Source: Mobula hypostoma (Eukaryota). From it: a DNA stretch of 64,000 nucleotides. The position numbers and the translations under genes are program-made. This document shows, piece after piece, positions 12,498 through 24,493 of the stretch. Where the stretch lies: contig NC_086097.1 of NCBI RefSeq assembly GCF_963921235.1, forward strand, positions 252,404,001-252,468,000, written 5' to 3'. The notes beneath the pieces were generated by a model. That model did not search any database and had not been told where the DNA came from. It saw only the letters and a list, made by a program, of their open reading frames with translations. Each line of letters starts with the position of its first letter. The stretch's first letter is position 1.

Positions 12498-13765
12498 GCT
12501 TTGTCAAGGGCAGGTCGTGCCTTACGAGCCTGATTGAGTTTTTTTGAGGATGTGACTAAACACATTGATGAAGGCAGAGCTGTAGATGTAGTGTATATGG
12601 ATTTTAGCAAGGAATTTGACAAGGTACCCCTTGCAAGGCTTATTGAGAAAGTAAGAAGGCATGGGATCCAAGGGGACAGTGCTTTGTGGATCCAGAATTG
12701 GCTTGCCCACAGAAGGGAAAGAGTGGTTGTAGACAGGTCATATTCTGCATGGAGGTCAGTGACCAGTGGTGTGCCTCAGGGATCTGTTCTAGGACCCCTA
12801 CTCTTCGTGATTTTTATAAGTGACCTGGATGAGGAAGTGGAGGGATGGGTTAGTAAATTTGCTGATGACACAAAGGTTGGGGGTGTTGTGGTTAGTGTTG
12901 AGGGCTGTCAGAGGTTACAACGGGACATTGATAGGATGCAAAACTGGGCTGAGAGGTGGCAGATGGAATTCAACCCAGATAAGTGTGAGTTGGTTCATTT
13001 TGTAGGTCAAATATGATGGCAGAATATAGCATTAATGGTAAGACTCTTGGCAGTGTAGAGGATCAGAGGGATCTTGGGATTTGAGTCCACAGGACACTCA
13101 AAGCTGCTGCGCAGGTTGACTCTGTGGTTAAGAAGGCATACGGTGCATTGGGCTTCATCAAACGTGGGATCGAGTTTAGGAGCCGAGAGGTAATGTTGCA
13201 GCTAGGTAGGACCCTGGTCAGACCCCACTTGGAGTACTATGCTCAGTTCTAGTCGCCTCACTATAAGAAGGATGTGGAAACCATAGAAAGGGTGCAGAGG
13301 TGATTTACAAGGATGTTGCCTGGATTGGGGAGCATGCCTTATGAGAATAGGTTGAGTGAACTCGGCCTCTTCTCCTTGGAGCGACGGAGGATGAGAGGTG
13401 ACCTGACAGAGGTGTACAAGATAATGAGAGGCATTGATCATGTGGATAGTCAGGGGCTTTTTCCGCAGGGCTGAAATGGCTAGCATGAGGTGGCATAGTT
13501 TTAAGGTGCTTGGAAATAGGTACAGGGGAGATGTCAGGGGTAAGTTTTTTTATGCAGAGACTGGTGAGGGCGTGTAATGGGCTGCTGGCGGTGGTGGTGG
13601 AGGCCGATACGATAGGGTCTTTAAAGAGACTCCTGGATGGCTATGTGGAGCTTAGAAAAAGAGAGAGTTATGGGTAAGCCTAGGTAGTTCTAAGGTAAGG
13701 ACATGTTCAGCACAGCTTTGTGGGCCGAAGGGCCTATATTATGCTGTACGTTTTTTATGTTTCCA
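12498..13765 (+). mobile_element. CR1 LINE fragment, second family
   Basis: ORF 12534-13016 [11 protein letters not shown]...[13 protein letters not shown]...FADDTKVGG; same family as 29684 and 43380-45660. Confidence 0.93.
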
Positions 13766-13834
13766 TAAATGCCTATAGGTCATAGAATCAGTTCAGTGTT
13801 GAGGTGAGTGAAGTTATCCCCGCTGGTTCAGGAG

Positions 13835-14218
13835 CCTGATAGTTGAGGGGTAATAACTGTTCCTGAACCTGGTGGTGTGAGACCTGATGGTTGAGGGGTA
13901 ATAACTGTTCCTGAACCTGGTGGTGTGGGACCTGATGGTTGAAGGGTAATAACTGTTCCTGAACCTGGTGGTGTGGGACCTGATGGTTGTAGGGTAATAA
14001 CTGTTCCTGAACCTGGTGGTGTGGGACCTGATGGTTGTAGGGTAATAACTGTTCCTGAACCTGGTGGTGTGGGACCTGATGGTTGTAGGGTAATAACTGT
14101 TCCTGAACCTGGTGGTGTGGGACCTGATGGTTGTAGGGTAATAACTGTTCCTGAACCTGGTGGTGTGGGACCTGATGGTTGAGGGGTAATAACTGTTCCT
14201 GAACCTGGTGGTGTGGAA
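13835..14218. repeat. 48-bp minisatellite, 8 copies, derived from a Rex1/Babar RT end
   Basis: Unit CCTGATGGTTGTAGGGTAATAACTGTTCCTGAACCTGGTGGTGTGGGA with starts at 13835, 13883, 13931, 13979, 14027, 14075, 14123 and 14171. Confidence 0.95.
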
Positions 14219-14559
14219 CTTGGGGCTCCCAGTCACAGTCTCCAGAAATAGAGGAAGTACTTGGAAAAATGGAGCAAAAATTGCAGAATAATTCTCCAGC
14301 AAGAGGGTTGAAATTGCAGGTATTTATTAAGTGTGACATTTTGAAATTCGTCATAGCCTGGACAATTATGGCAGCAACTATCGAAGACGGTGGTTGATAG
14401 AACTGAAGGAGACCTTTCCAAATGTCCTGTCAATACCAGCGATTTGTAAGAGCAATCTTAAAACTTTCACGACCCACAGTCTCTCCACTCCCATTTCCTT
14501 CTCTAAACACAGACAATTTCCCCATAAAATGATGAATTTCTACTTTGAACAGAGTCAGA

Positions 14560-15668
14560 GTCACAGAACACTACTGTACAGAAAGAGGCCCTTCAGCCCA
14601 TCTAGTCTGTGTTGAAACATTATTCTGCCTCGTCCCATTGACCTGCATCCAGATCTTAGCCCTCCACACACCCCCCACCCATGTACCTATCCAAACTTCT
14701 CTTCAATTTTGAAATTGAACTTGCTTCCACCACTTGTGCTGGTGGCTTGTCCAACGCTCTCACCACCCTCTGAAGAAGTTCCCTCATGTTCCCCTTAAAT
14801 ATTTTATCTTTCACCCTTAACCCATGACCTGTAGTTCTAGACTCCCTGATCCTAGACTCCCCCACCATAGGAAAAATCCACTGTATCCAGGCCTTTCACC
14901 ATTCGACAGGTTTCAGTGAGGTTATCCTTCATTCCTCTGAATTTCAGCTAATACAGGACCAGAACCATGATATGATGAGCCTTTCAATCCCAAAATTATT
15001 TTTATGAACATATTTTGAACTGTCTCCAGTGTCAGCACATCCTTTCTAAGATAAGGGGCCCAAACCGGCTCACAATACTCCAAGTGAGGCCTCATCAATA
15101 GCTTATAAAGCCTCAACATTACATCCTTGCTTTTATATGCTAGTCCTCTCAAAACGAAAGCTAACATCATATTTTCCTTCCTCACCACTGACTAAACCTG
15201 CAATTTAGCCTTTAGGTAATCCTGCATGAGGTCTGTCACGTCCTTCTGTGCTTCAGACTTTTGAATTTTCTCTCCATTCCAAAAATAACCGAAGCTTTCA
15301 TTTCTTCTACCAAAGTGCATGACCATACATTTCCTGACACTGTATTCCATCTGCCACTTCTTTGCCCATTCTCCTAATCTGTCTAAGTCCTTCTGTAGCC
15401 TCTCTGCTTCCTCAAAGTACCTGCCCCTCCACTCATCTTTGCAAACTTATCTACAAAGCCATCAATTCCATCATCCAAATCATTGACATATAATATGAGA
15501 AAAAGTGGCCCCTACACAGACCATGTGGAACACCACTAGTCACCGGCAGCCAACCAGAAAAGACCCTCTTACATACCGCTCTTCCCCTTCTGTCAGTCAG
15601 TCAATCTCTATCGACGCTAGTCTCTTTCCTGTAATACTATGTGCACTTAACTTGTTAAACAGCCTCAT
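14560..15668 (-). mobile_element. Degraded CR1 LINE fragment(s)
   Basis: ORF 14922-15188 YKSKDVMLRLYK..RPHLEYC; 3' end sequence near 14560-14870. Confidence 0.85.
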
Positions 15669-18600
15669 AGAGCTTTGACCAGTGACTGGTCCGTGTTTGG
15701 GATCGATTAGTAAGAGCAAGTTAGAGGAAGGCAGGGGCAAGAGCAGTGGCAGTCATCTGGGTGAACAGAGTCAGAGTGGTGATCTTGTTGCTTTAGCTCC
15801 TCAAGGCTTCGACAAAGAGAGGCTTCACTCAGACAAAACAAAGGAAAGAAAAGCTCAAGTTTCTTCCCTCTCTTCTGTGTATCTGCTCAGCTCTGACAGT
15901 AGAGATGTCTCACAGGTTGGTGACCTTGCTTAAATGTACAGAAGGGACAAGCGGAGTGGCCATTATCAGGGCGGCCATTGGGTATGCTCAAAGGGGTGAC
16001 AGAGAGTGGGGCTTTTGACCGATTACAGCAGATTTGACGGACTGGTACGTTTAAAGTGAGGTTGAAAGATTCTTGATTAGTCAGGGTATTGAAGGTTATG
16101 GGAAGAAGGCAGGAGAATAGAGTTGAGAGGGATAATAAATCAACCACCATAGAATGATGGAGCAGATATGATGGGCTGAATGGCCTAATTCTGCTCCTAT
16201 GTCTTATGGTCCCATGGATTGACAACCCGGGTTTAAAATATTGACCCCACGAGACACATTTATTCCCAGAGTCAATAGCAAACAACAGCCAGATGAGCTG
16301 TGGTGCTTCTTCCCAAGTGCATTCCAATGTAAACAATCACAAAACAATTCTCTGCTGATACACAACATGACTATAATTAAGGTGAACGCAGATAAACCAG
16401 ATGGGTATAATTGGCAGGTGCATACAGAGCTGAGAGAGTGATGCAACGCTCATCTGGCTTTCTGTCCTTTCAGCAAGGTTGTCTGTACCAGCTCCGCTTC
16501 AAAGTTCAAAGTAAATCTATTATCAGAGTACATGATGGGTCACCTTATACAACCCTGAGATTCATTTTCTTGTGGGCATTTGCTGTAAGTACATTGAAGA
16601 AATTCTTCCTCATCTGCATTCCCTCTATCCTGAGGCAGTGTCCTCTGGGCTTAGACTCTGCCACTCTTGGAAGTTCTCCATCGAGACCTTTCAATGTTTA
16701 ATAGGTTTCATTCAGACTCCCTTCTTCTAAATTCCAGCAAGTACAGGCCCAGAGCATCATACATTAACCCTTCCATTTCCAGAATAATTCTTGTGAACCT
16801 CGTCTGGACCTTTTCCAAAGTAAATGCATCTTTTCTGAGATATGGGGCCCAAAACTGCTCTCAATTCTTGATGTACCCGATACACAATGTACACGTGATA
16901 AATAAATCTGAGTCTTAATCTTATCTGTTCTCTTTCCAGTTTGCTACAGCAGGGTGTGACATAGGAAAAAATGAGGCCATTCAGCCCATGAAGTCTATAA
17001 TGTTCCATTCTCTAACTAGTTAGTTAAATGAAAATAACTTGCATCTTCAGGAAGTGGAAGGAGACGTTCCCTCGAGAAGGTGCAATAATGATCTGTTGCC
17101 AATTCCAAGAGATATGATTAGTCTTTCAATATTTGAGTGAACTTGGCCTCAAACTCAGCCAACTCTATCATGGCCACAAGCCTCTCCAGCATCAAGGACA
17201 CCTTGAAATGGTGCTGCCTGAAAAAGATGCATCCATCATTAAGGGCCCCCATCACCCAGGACATGCCCTCTTCCTATTGCTTCCATCAGAGACCGACACC
17301 CAATGACTTAGGAACAGCTTCTTCTCCTCCGCCGTGGAGTTTCTGAACAGACAACGAAACAACCCAACTAAACTACCTCACTATTTTTGGCTCTCTTTTT
17401 ACACTAAATTCATTTAATTAATATGTACACACAAGCACTCTGGCCTCTTTATCAGATTCACCGGTACACCTGCTCATTAATGCAAATATCCAATCAGCCA
17501 GTCATGTGGCAGCAACTCAACGCTGGGAGGCTGGGAGTCTCCCGGACATCCCACATCCAACACCCAGTACAGAACAGCGGCCCCACAGACATACTTCCTC
17601 TTTCTACTCTTCACAAGTAAATTACTTCGCCTTGACTCATTATCACCGAAGCTCCATTGACCCAAAGCCCTCCTACTCTGACTCCCTCTAATCCTGCACC
17701 CGCTCTATAAAGCTGTCTTCTTTTTAAATTCTTCCTGCTGGTCTAACTCGCTGTCGTCCATGTGCCTGCACAGTTGTGCCTCGATCAAACCGCAGAAGAA
17801 GAAATGCTCTCCTTTTAAATTCTACCCCACCCCGGTCTAACTCGCTGGCATCCACGTCACTGCGGCAGAGCAGTTCTGAAGAACTCCTATGCCTTTCTGT
17901 GCAAGACCCTCTCAATAACAGTTATAGTTCAATTTGGGTAACTTTGTAATGCAGTCAATAGAGTGACAGAGCTTTACAGCATCGATACAGGCCCTTTGGC
18001 CTGTCCAGTCCATGCTGACCATGGCGCCCACCCCGCTGGGCCCAATCTCCAGCATTTGCCCCATATCGCTCTAACCCCTCCCCTCACAGTGTTTCTTCAA
18101 TGATACTATTGTACCTGCCTCAACCCCTTCCTCCAGCAGCTTGTTCCATTTACTCACCTACCTCCGGGGAAAAGGTTACCCAGCAGGTCCCTTTGAAATC
18201 TTTCCCCTCTCACCCTAAATCTATGCCCCCTAATTTTATACTCCCCTACCCTGGGAAAAGACTGTTACTGCCCACATTATCTGAGCCTTCATAATATTCA
18301 ACATTTCTATAAGGTCGCTCCCCTCATCCAAGGAACAAGGACCCAGCCTGACCAACCTCTCCTTATAACTCAGTCCTGGCACATCCTGGTAAATCTGCAT
18401 GCTTTCCAGTTTAACCATCTCCTTCCTTTCGCAGGATGACCAAAACTGTGCAGTCTCACCATATCACTGCAACCTAACGACCCTACCCCAGTACTCAGTG
18501 CCCTGACTGATAAAGACCAGCTTGCTAAACAACTCTTTCAAAGTTCAAAGTAAGTTGATTATCAAAGTACCAGATACAACCGTGAGACTCTTTTTCTTGC

Positions 18601-18999
18601 GGGCATTCACAGTAGAACAAGGAAATACAATAGAATCAATGAAAAACTGCACACAAATGTCACCACCCTGTCAGCCTGTGTGCCACTTTCACTTGTCCGC
18701 CTAGGCCCATCTGTCTCATCACCCACAAGTCCTAGCTGGTCTGACTTCCCAAAGTGCATCACCTCACACTTATCCCAATTGAAATGCACAGACTCATTTG
18801 CTGTCTATTAGCAAGCGCAGAGCAGCACGTAGCATTGTGGTTGGCCTAACACTATTACAGTGCCAACAACACAGAATCAATTCTCGCTGCTGTCCCATCT
18901 GCAAGGAGCTTGTGCGTTCCTCCACGACTGTGTGGGTTTCCTCTGGGTGCTCTGCTTTCCTCCTACACTCCAAAGATATATGGGTTAGTAATCACACAA

Positions 19000-19400
19000 A
19001 TGATTTTGGGACTGAAAGGCTTGTCATATGAGGAGTGTTTGATGGATCTGGAACTGTAGTCAATGGAATTCAGAACAGTGAGGGAGATCTCATTGAAACC
19101 TATTGAATATTGAGGGAGTTAGAGTGGATGTGGAGAGGATGGTTCCTAGAGCGGGGGAGTCTAGGGCACAGCCTCAGAACAGAGGGATATCCATTTAGAA
19201 TGGAGATGAGGATGAATTTTTTTAGTGGCAAATCTGTGGAATTCTTTGCCACAGGCAGCTGTGGAGGCCAAGTCATTGGGTATTTTTAAGGCGGAGGTTC
19301 ATAGATTTTTGACTAGTCAGGGCATGAAGTGATACAGGGAGAAGGCAGGAGACTGGGACTGTGAGGAAAAATGGACCAGCCATGATGACATGGCAGAGCA
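19000..19400 (+). mobile_element. CR1 3' fragment
   Basis: Matches the CR1 3' ends at 6740 and 33035 (GATCTCATTGAAACC...GTGGAGGCCAAGTC). Confidence 0.8.
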
Positions 19401-19404
19401 AGCT

Positions 19405-19905
19405 TATAAATAAATAACGGATGGGGTAGCCTCCAACCTGATGGCATGAACATCGACTTCTCTAACTTCCACTAATGCCCCACCTCCCCCTCGTACCCCA
19501 TCCGTTATTTATTTTTATACACACATTCTTTCTCTCTCTCTCCTTTATCTCCCTCTGTCCCTCTGAATATACCCCTTGCCCATCCTCTGGGTCCCCCCGC
19601 CCTTTTCCTTCTCCCTGGGCATCCTGTCCCGTGATCTTCTCGTATCCCTTTTGCCAATCACCTGTCCAGCTCTTGGCTCCATCCCTCCCCCTCTTGTCTT
19701 CTCCTATCATTTTGGATCTCCCCCTCCCCCTCCCACTTTCAAATCTCTTACTAGCTCTTCCTTCAGTTAGTCCTGACGAAGGGTCTCGGCCCGAAACGTC
19801 GACTGTACCCCTTCCTAGAGATGCTGCCTGGCCTGCTGCGTTCACCAGCAACTTTTATGTGTGTTGCTTGAAATTTCAGCATCTGCAGAATTCCTGTTGT
19901 TTGCG
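19405..19905 (+). mobile_element. PLE 3' end (subfamily A) with a 21-bp inverted 5' junction
   Basis: GSLQPDGMNIDFSNF* ORF end, pyrimidine-rich UTR, hammerhead and tail; 19408-19428 is the reverse complement of 19494-19514. Confidence 0.85.
19769..19804 (+). ncRNA. Intact minimal hammerhead ribozyme motif
   Basis: AGTC CTGACGA A GGG TCTCGG CCC GAAAC GTC GACT: stem I AGTC/GACT, stem II GGG/CCC, GUC triplet. Confidence 0.7.
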
Positions 19906-20222
19906 ACACATTTCACTGTATGTTTTGATGGACATACATGTAGCAAATAAAACTAATCATTTGGTTCCTAATTCTAATTGCTATAACTGCAGGTATAATT
20001 AAAGTGAGACTGGAACTAGGTCATGGGTTAAGGGTGAAATGTGAAATGTTTAAGGGGAACATGAGAGGAAATTTCTTCACTCAGGGGGTGGTGAGAGCGT
20101 GGAACGAGGCCAGCGGAAGTGAGGAATACTGGTTTGATTTCAACGTTTAAGAGAAATTGGAATAGGTAAACACAAAATAATCTGCAGATGCTGGGGTCAA
20201 AGCAACACTCACAGCACGCTAC

Positions 20223-20258
20223 AGTCCTGACGAAGGGTTCCGGCCCGAAACGTCGACC
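20223..20258 (+). ncRNA. Minimal hammerhead motif
   Basis: AGTC CTGACGA A GGG TTCCGG CCC GAAAC GTC GACC. Confidence 0.65.
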
Positions 20259-20711
20259 GATCGTTTCCGCTTCCAGTAGCCACCCACTTCAACTCTGCTT
20301 CCCACTCCCATTCAGATATGTCCGTACATGGCCTCCTCTACTGCCATGATGAGGCTAAACTCAGGTTGGAGGAGCAACACCTCATATACTGTCTAGGTAG
20401 CCTCCAGCCCCGTGGTATGAACATAGAATTCTCCAACTTCCGGTAATTCCCTCCCCCTCCCTTCCCCTATCCCTATATCACTCTGCCCCCTCCCCCAGCT
20501 ACCTATTACCTCCCTCTTGGTTCCGCCTCCTTCTACTACCCATTGTGTTTTCCCCTATTCCTTCTTCACCTTTCCTGCCTATTACCTCCCTGCTTCCTCT
20601 CCCCCACCCCTTTATCTTTCCCCTTACTGGTTTTTCACCTGGAACCCACCAGCCTTCTCCTTCCCACCCTCCCCCCACCTTCTTTATAGGGCCTCTGCCC
20701 CCTCCCCCTAC

Positions 20712-20747
20712 AGTCCTGACGAAGGGTTCCGGCCCGAAACGTCGACT
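20712..20747 (+). ncRNA. Intact minimal hammerhead motif
   Basis: AGTC CTGACGA A GGG TTCCGG CCC GAAAC GTC GACT. Confidence 0.7.
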
Positions 20748-21384
20748 CATCATTTCCACGGATGCTGCCCGACCTGCTGAGTTGCTCCAGCGTGTTGTGA
20801 GAATTGGAATAGGTACATGGATGGAGGGGGATGGAGGGGTATGGAGGGCTATGCTCTGGGTACAGGCCAATGGCACTAGGCAGTTTAGCATGGACTAGAT
20901 GGGCCAAAGGGCCTGTTTGTGTTTTCTTCTCTTCTATGTCTCGATGACTCTGGCCAGTAACAGTGAGTTAGAATGTTCCAGAAGAAATACAAAACATCTT
21001 GTTATTTATGCACATTCAAGGCAGAGGGAGAGACATTTCTAGTAACAAGTAGTCACTTGCCGGTGAGTGTCCATGTGCACAGAGAGAGAGTTCAAAACTG
21101 GCTTCCAGACCTAAATATTCTGCCAAGAACCAACATAAAATCACCAAGGGGAGATGACATCAGTCACAAAATAGATGATTTTGTCATCTGAACATTGAAA
21201 TTTATAAAGTAACCTGAGATATTACTCAAAATATCCATGTAAATTTATCATCTTTCTAAAAAAAATTTCAAACATCAGATTTGGAAATCCTGGAAAAAGA
21301 TCAAAATCCTACCAGAAAATTATAACTCTAATTTAGTTATTTGGAAGCATCTCATCATTGTGACAAAATTATAATTTTATTTTA

Positions 21385-21630
21385 TTTGTGTGGAATAAGC
21401 CTTTCCAGTCCTTCAAACCGTACCTCCCGGCAAGCCACAACAACCCCGACTCAAACCTATGACAATCACATGACAATTAACCTATTCGGTACGTCTTTGG
21501 AATGTGGGAGAAAACCAGAGCAGTGGGGGAAAGCCCGTGCATTCCAGGGGAAGACGTACAGAGAATTCTAAACTCCAATGCCCTGAGCTGTAATGGTATT
21601 GTGCTAACCGCCACACAACCGTGGCATCAA
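21385..21630 (-). mobile_element. V-SINE/HE1-like SINE
   Basis: GTACGTCTTTGGAATGTGGGAGAAAACCAGAGCA is the reverse complement of the SINE core. Confidence 0.65.
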
Positions 21631-22112
21631 ATTAGCCAAAATGAAATGGATGAGAAGGAAAATGGCGGCATTGTTCTGAAAGCAGCTTTGCAATCAGATT
21701 CATTTGTTTATCACATGTACATCGAAACTTACAGTGAAATGAGTCGTTTGGTTTAACAACCAACACAAGCTGAGGATGTGCTGGGGGCAGCCCGCAAGTC
21801 CACCATGCATTCTGGTGGAGAGAGGAAAGGGGTTCGCTTTGCTCTTCTTGTGCTCTGTGTTCTTCTGCTGAACATTGTGGGCTTGATATGTTGGTGCTGG
21901 AATGTGTGGTGACACTTGTGGGCTGCCTCCAGCACATCCCAAGGTTGTGTTGGTTGTGAACCCACTTGATGCATTTCACTGTATGTACCAATGTACAAGT
22001 GACAAATTAATCTGAATCTGAACCTCCAGCCTAGAACTGGAGACACAATTCGGACCACGGGTGATGAATGGTTTGAAATTGATAACAGAGAGTTAAATGA
22101 TTGATTTAACAC

Positions 22113-22418
22113 AGGGCGCGTGGCCAAGAGGTTAAGGCGTTGGTCTAGTGATCTGAAGGTCGCCAGTTCAAGCCTTGGCTGAGGCAGTGTGTTGTGTCCT
22201 TGAGCAAGGCACTTAACCACACATCGCTCTGCGACGACACCAGTGCCAAGCTGTATGGATCCTAGTGCCCTTCCCTTGGACAACATCGGTGACTTGGAGA
22301 GGGAAGACTTGCAGCATGGGCAACTGCTGGTCTTTCATACAACCTTGACCAGGCCTGCGCCCTGGAAACCTTCCAAGACGCAAATCCATAGTCTCACAAG
22401 ACTAACGGATGCCTATAC
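22113..22418 (+). mobile_element. Second copy of the 280-587 SINE
   Basis: Colinear and highly similar to 280-587; ATGATTGATT at 22097-22106 and 22419-22428 is a probable TSD. Confidence 0.85.
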
Positions 22419-22675
22419 ATGATTGATTATTACCAATTATGAAATGGATTTCTCCATCACATTGCCTCAAATGTTGCTTTATTTGAAGCCCACACTCCTT
22501 CCCTAATCACGTTCTTCTTGGGCAGGGTCCCATTCAGTCTCTTGGCATTCAGGATGAGGTAGTAAATTGGACTAGACATTGGCTTTGTGGTAGAAGCCAG
22601 AGAGTGGTAGTAGAGGGTCACCTCACTGACTGGAGGCCTGTGATTAGTGGAGTCATGAGCCCTGTGGTTTGCTAT

Positions 22676-24491
22676 AGACCATAAGACCATAAGATATAGG
22701 AGCAGAAGCAGGCCATTCTGCCAATCGAGCCTGCTCCGCCATTCAATCACAGGCTGATCCAATTCTTCCAGTTATCCCAACTCCCCTGTCTTCACCCCAT
22801 ACCCTTTGATACCTTGGCTAATCAAGAACCTATCTATCTCTGCCTTAAATACACCCAAAGACTTGGCCTCCACAGCCGCTCGTGGCAACAAATTCCACAG
22901 ATTTACCACCCTCTGTCTAAAGTAATTTCTCCGCTTCTCTGTTCTAAATGGACGTCCTTCAATCCTGAAGTCATACCCTCTTGTCCTAGACTCCCCTACC
23001 ATGGGAAATAACTTTGCCATATCTAATCTGTTCAGGCTTTTTAACATTTGGAATGTTTCTATGAAATCCCCCCTCATTCTCCTGAACTCCAGGGAATACA
23101 GCCCAAGAGCTGCCAGATGTTCCTCATACGGTAACCCTTTCATTCCTAGAATCATTCTCGTGAATCTTCTCTGAACCCTCTTCAATGTCAGTATATCCTT
23201 TCTAAAACAAGGAGCCCAAAACTGCACACAATACTCCAAGTGTGGTCTCACAAGTGCCTTTTAGAGCCTCAACATCACATCCCTGCTCTTATATTCTGTA
23301 CCTCTAGAAATGAATGCTAACATTGCATTCATCTTCTTCACCACTGACTCAATCTGGAGGTTAACCTTTAGGGTGTCCTGCACAAGGACTCCCAAGTCTC
23401 ATCGTATCTCTGAGTTTTGAATTCTCTCTCTATCTAAATAATAGTCTGCCTGTTTATTTCTTCCACCAAAGTGCATGTTCATACACCTTCCAACATTGTA
23501 TTTAATTTGCCACTTCTTTGCCCATTCCCCTAAACTATCTAAGTCTCTCTGTAGGCTCGCTGTTTCCTCAGCACTATCTGCTCCTCCACCTATCATCTGC
23601 AAATTTAGCTACAAATCCATTAATCTCATCGTCCAAATCGTTGACATACATCGTAAAAGCAGCAATCCCAACAATGATCCCTGTGGAACTCCAATGGTAA
23701 CCTGCAGCCAGCCAGAATAGGATCCCTTTATTCCCACTCTCTGTTTTCTGCTGATTAACCAATGCTCCACCCATGCTAGTAACTTCCCTGTAATTCCATG
23801 GGCTCTTACCTTGCTTAGTAGCTTCATGTGTAGCAACTTGTGAAGGGCCTTCTGAAAATCCAAGAACACCACATCTACTGCATCTCCTTTGTCTACACTG
23901 CTTGAAATTTCCTCAAAAATTTGCAGTAGGTGCGTCAGGCAGGATTTTCCTTTCAGAAAACCATGCTGACTTTGGCCTACCTTGTCATATGCGTCCAGGT
24001 ACTCCATAATCTCATCCCTAAAAATCGATTCCAACAACTTCCCAACCACTGATGTCAGGCTAACAGGTCTATAGTTTCCTTTCTGCTGCCTCCCACCCTT
24101 CTTAAATAGCGGAGTAACATTTGCAATTTTCCAGTCATCTGGGACAATGCCAGAATCTATCATTTCTTGAAAGATCATTGTTAATACCTCCACAATCTCT
24201 CCAGCTACTTCCTTCAGAACCTGAGGTTGCATTCCATCAGGTCCAGGAGATATATCCACCCTCAGACCATTAAGCTTCCTGGGCACTTTCTCAGTCATAA
24301 TTTTCACTGCACAAACTTCACTTCCCTGACACTCTCGAATGTCTGGTACACTGCAGATGTCTTCCACTGTGAAGACTGATGCAAGATACGCATTCAGTTC
24401 CTCTGCCATCTCTGCGTCTCTCATTACAATATCTCCAGCATCATTTTCTATCGGTCCTATATCTACCCTCAACTCTCTTTTACCCTTTATA
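22676..24491 (-). mobile_element. CR1 LINE, third family, 5'-truncated with frameshifts
   Basis: ORFs 22772-23251 and 23609-24598 (SPGPDGM.P.VLKE, NYRPVSLTSVVGK, QHGFLKGKSCLT); (CCATAAGA)n tail. Confidence 0.93.
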
Positions 24492-24493
24492 TA

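Larger units (their letters stand above)
20169..20801. mobile_element. Rearranged PLE insertion (subfamily B) with 14-bp TSD, inside a CR1 3' end
   Basis: AATTGGAATAGGTA at 20155-20168 and 20802-20815; the 3' tail lies on the minus strand at 20169-20220, followed by a plus-strand hammerhead, endonuclease-region end, UTR and second hammerhead. Confidence 0.88.

Noticed and set aside
13835..14218. CRISPR-like regular array
   Set aside because: Units are contiguous with no unique spacers, derive from a LINE, and the context is eukaryotic.
14239..14319. Possible exon SPEIEEVLGKMEQKLQNNSPARGLKLQ ending at CAG|GTATTT
   Set aside because: Weak acceptor, no recognisable homology and no partner exons; RNA-seq would be needed.
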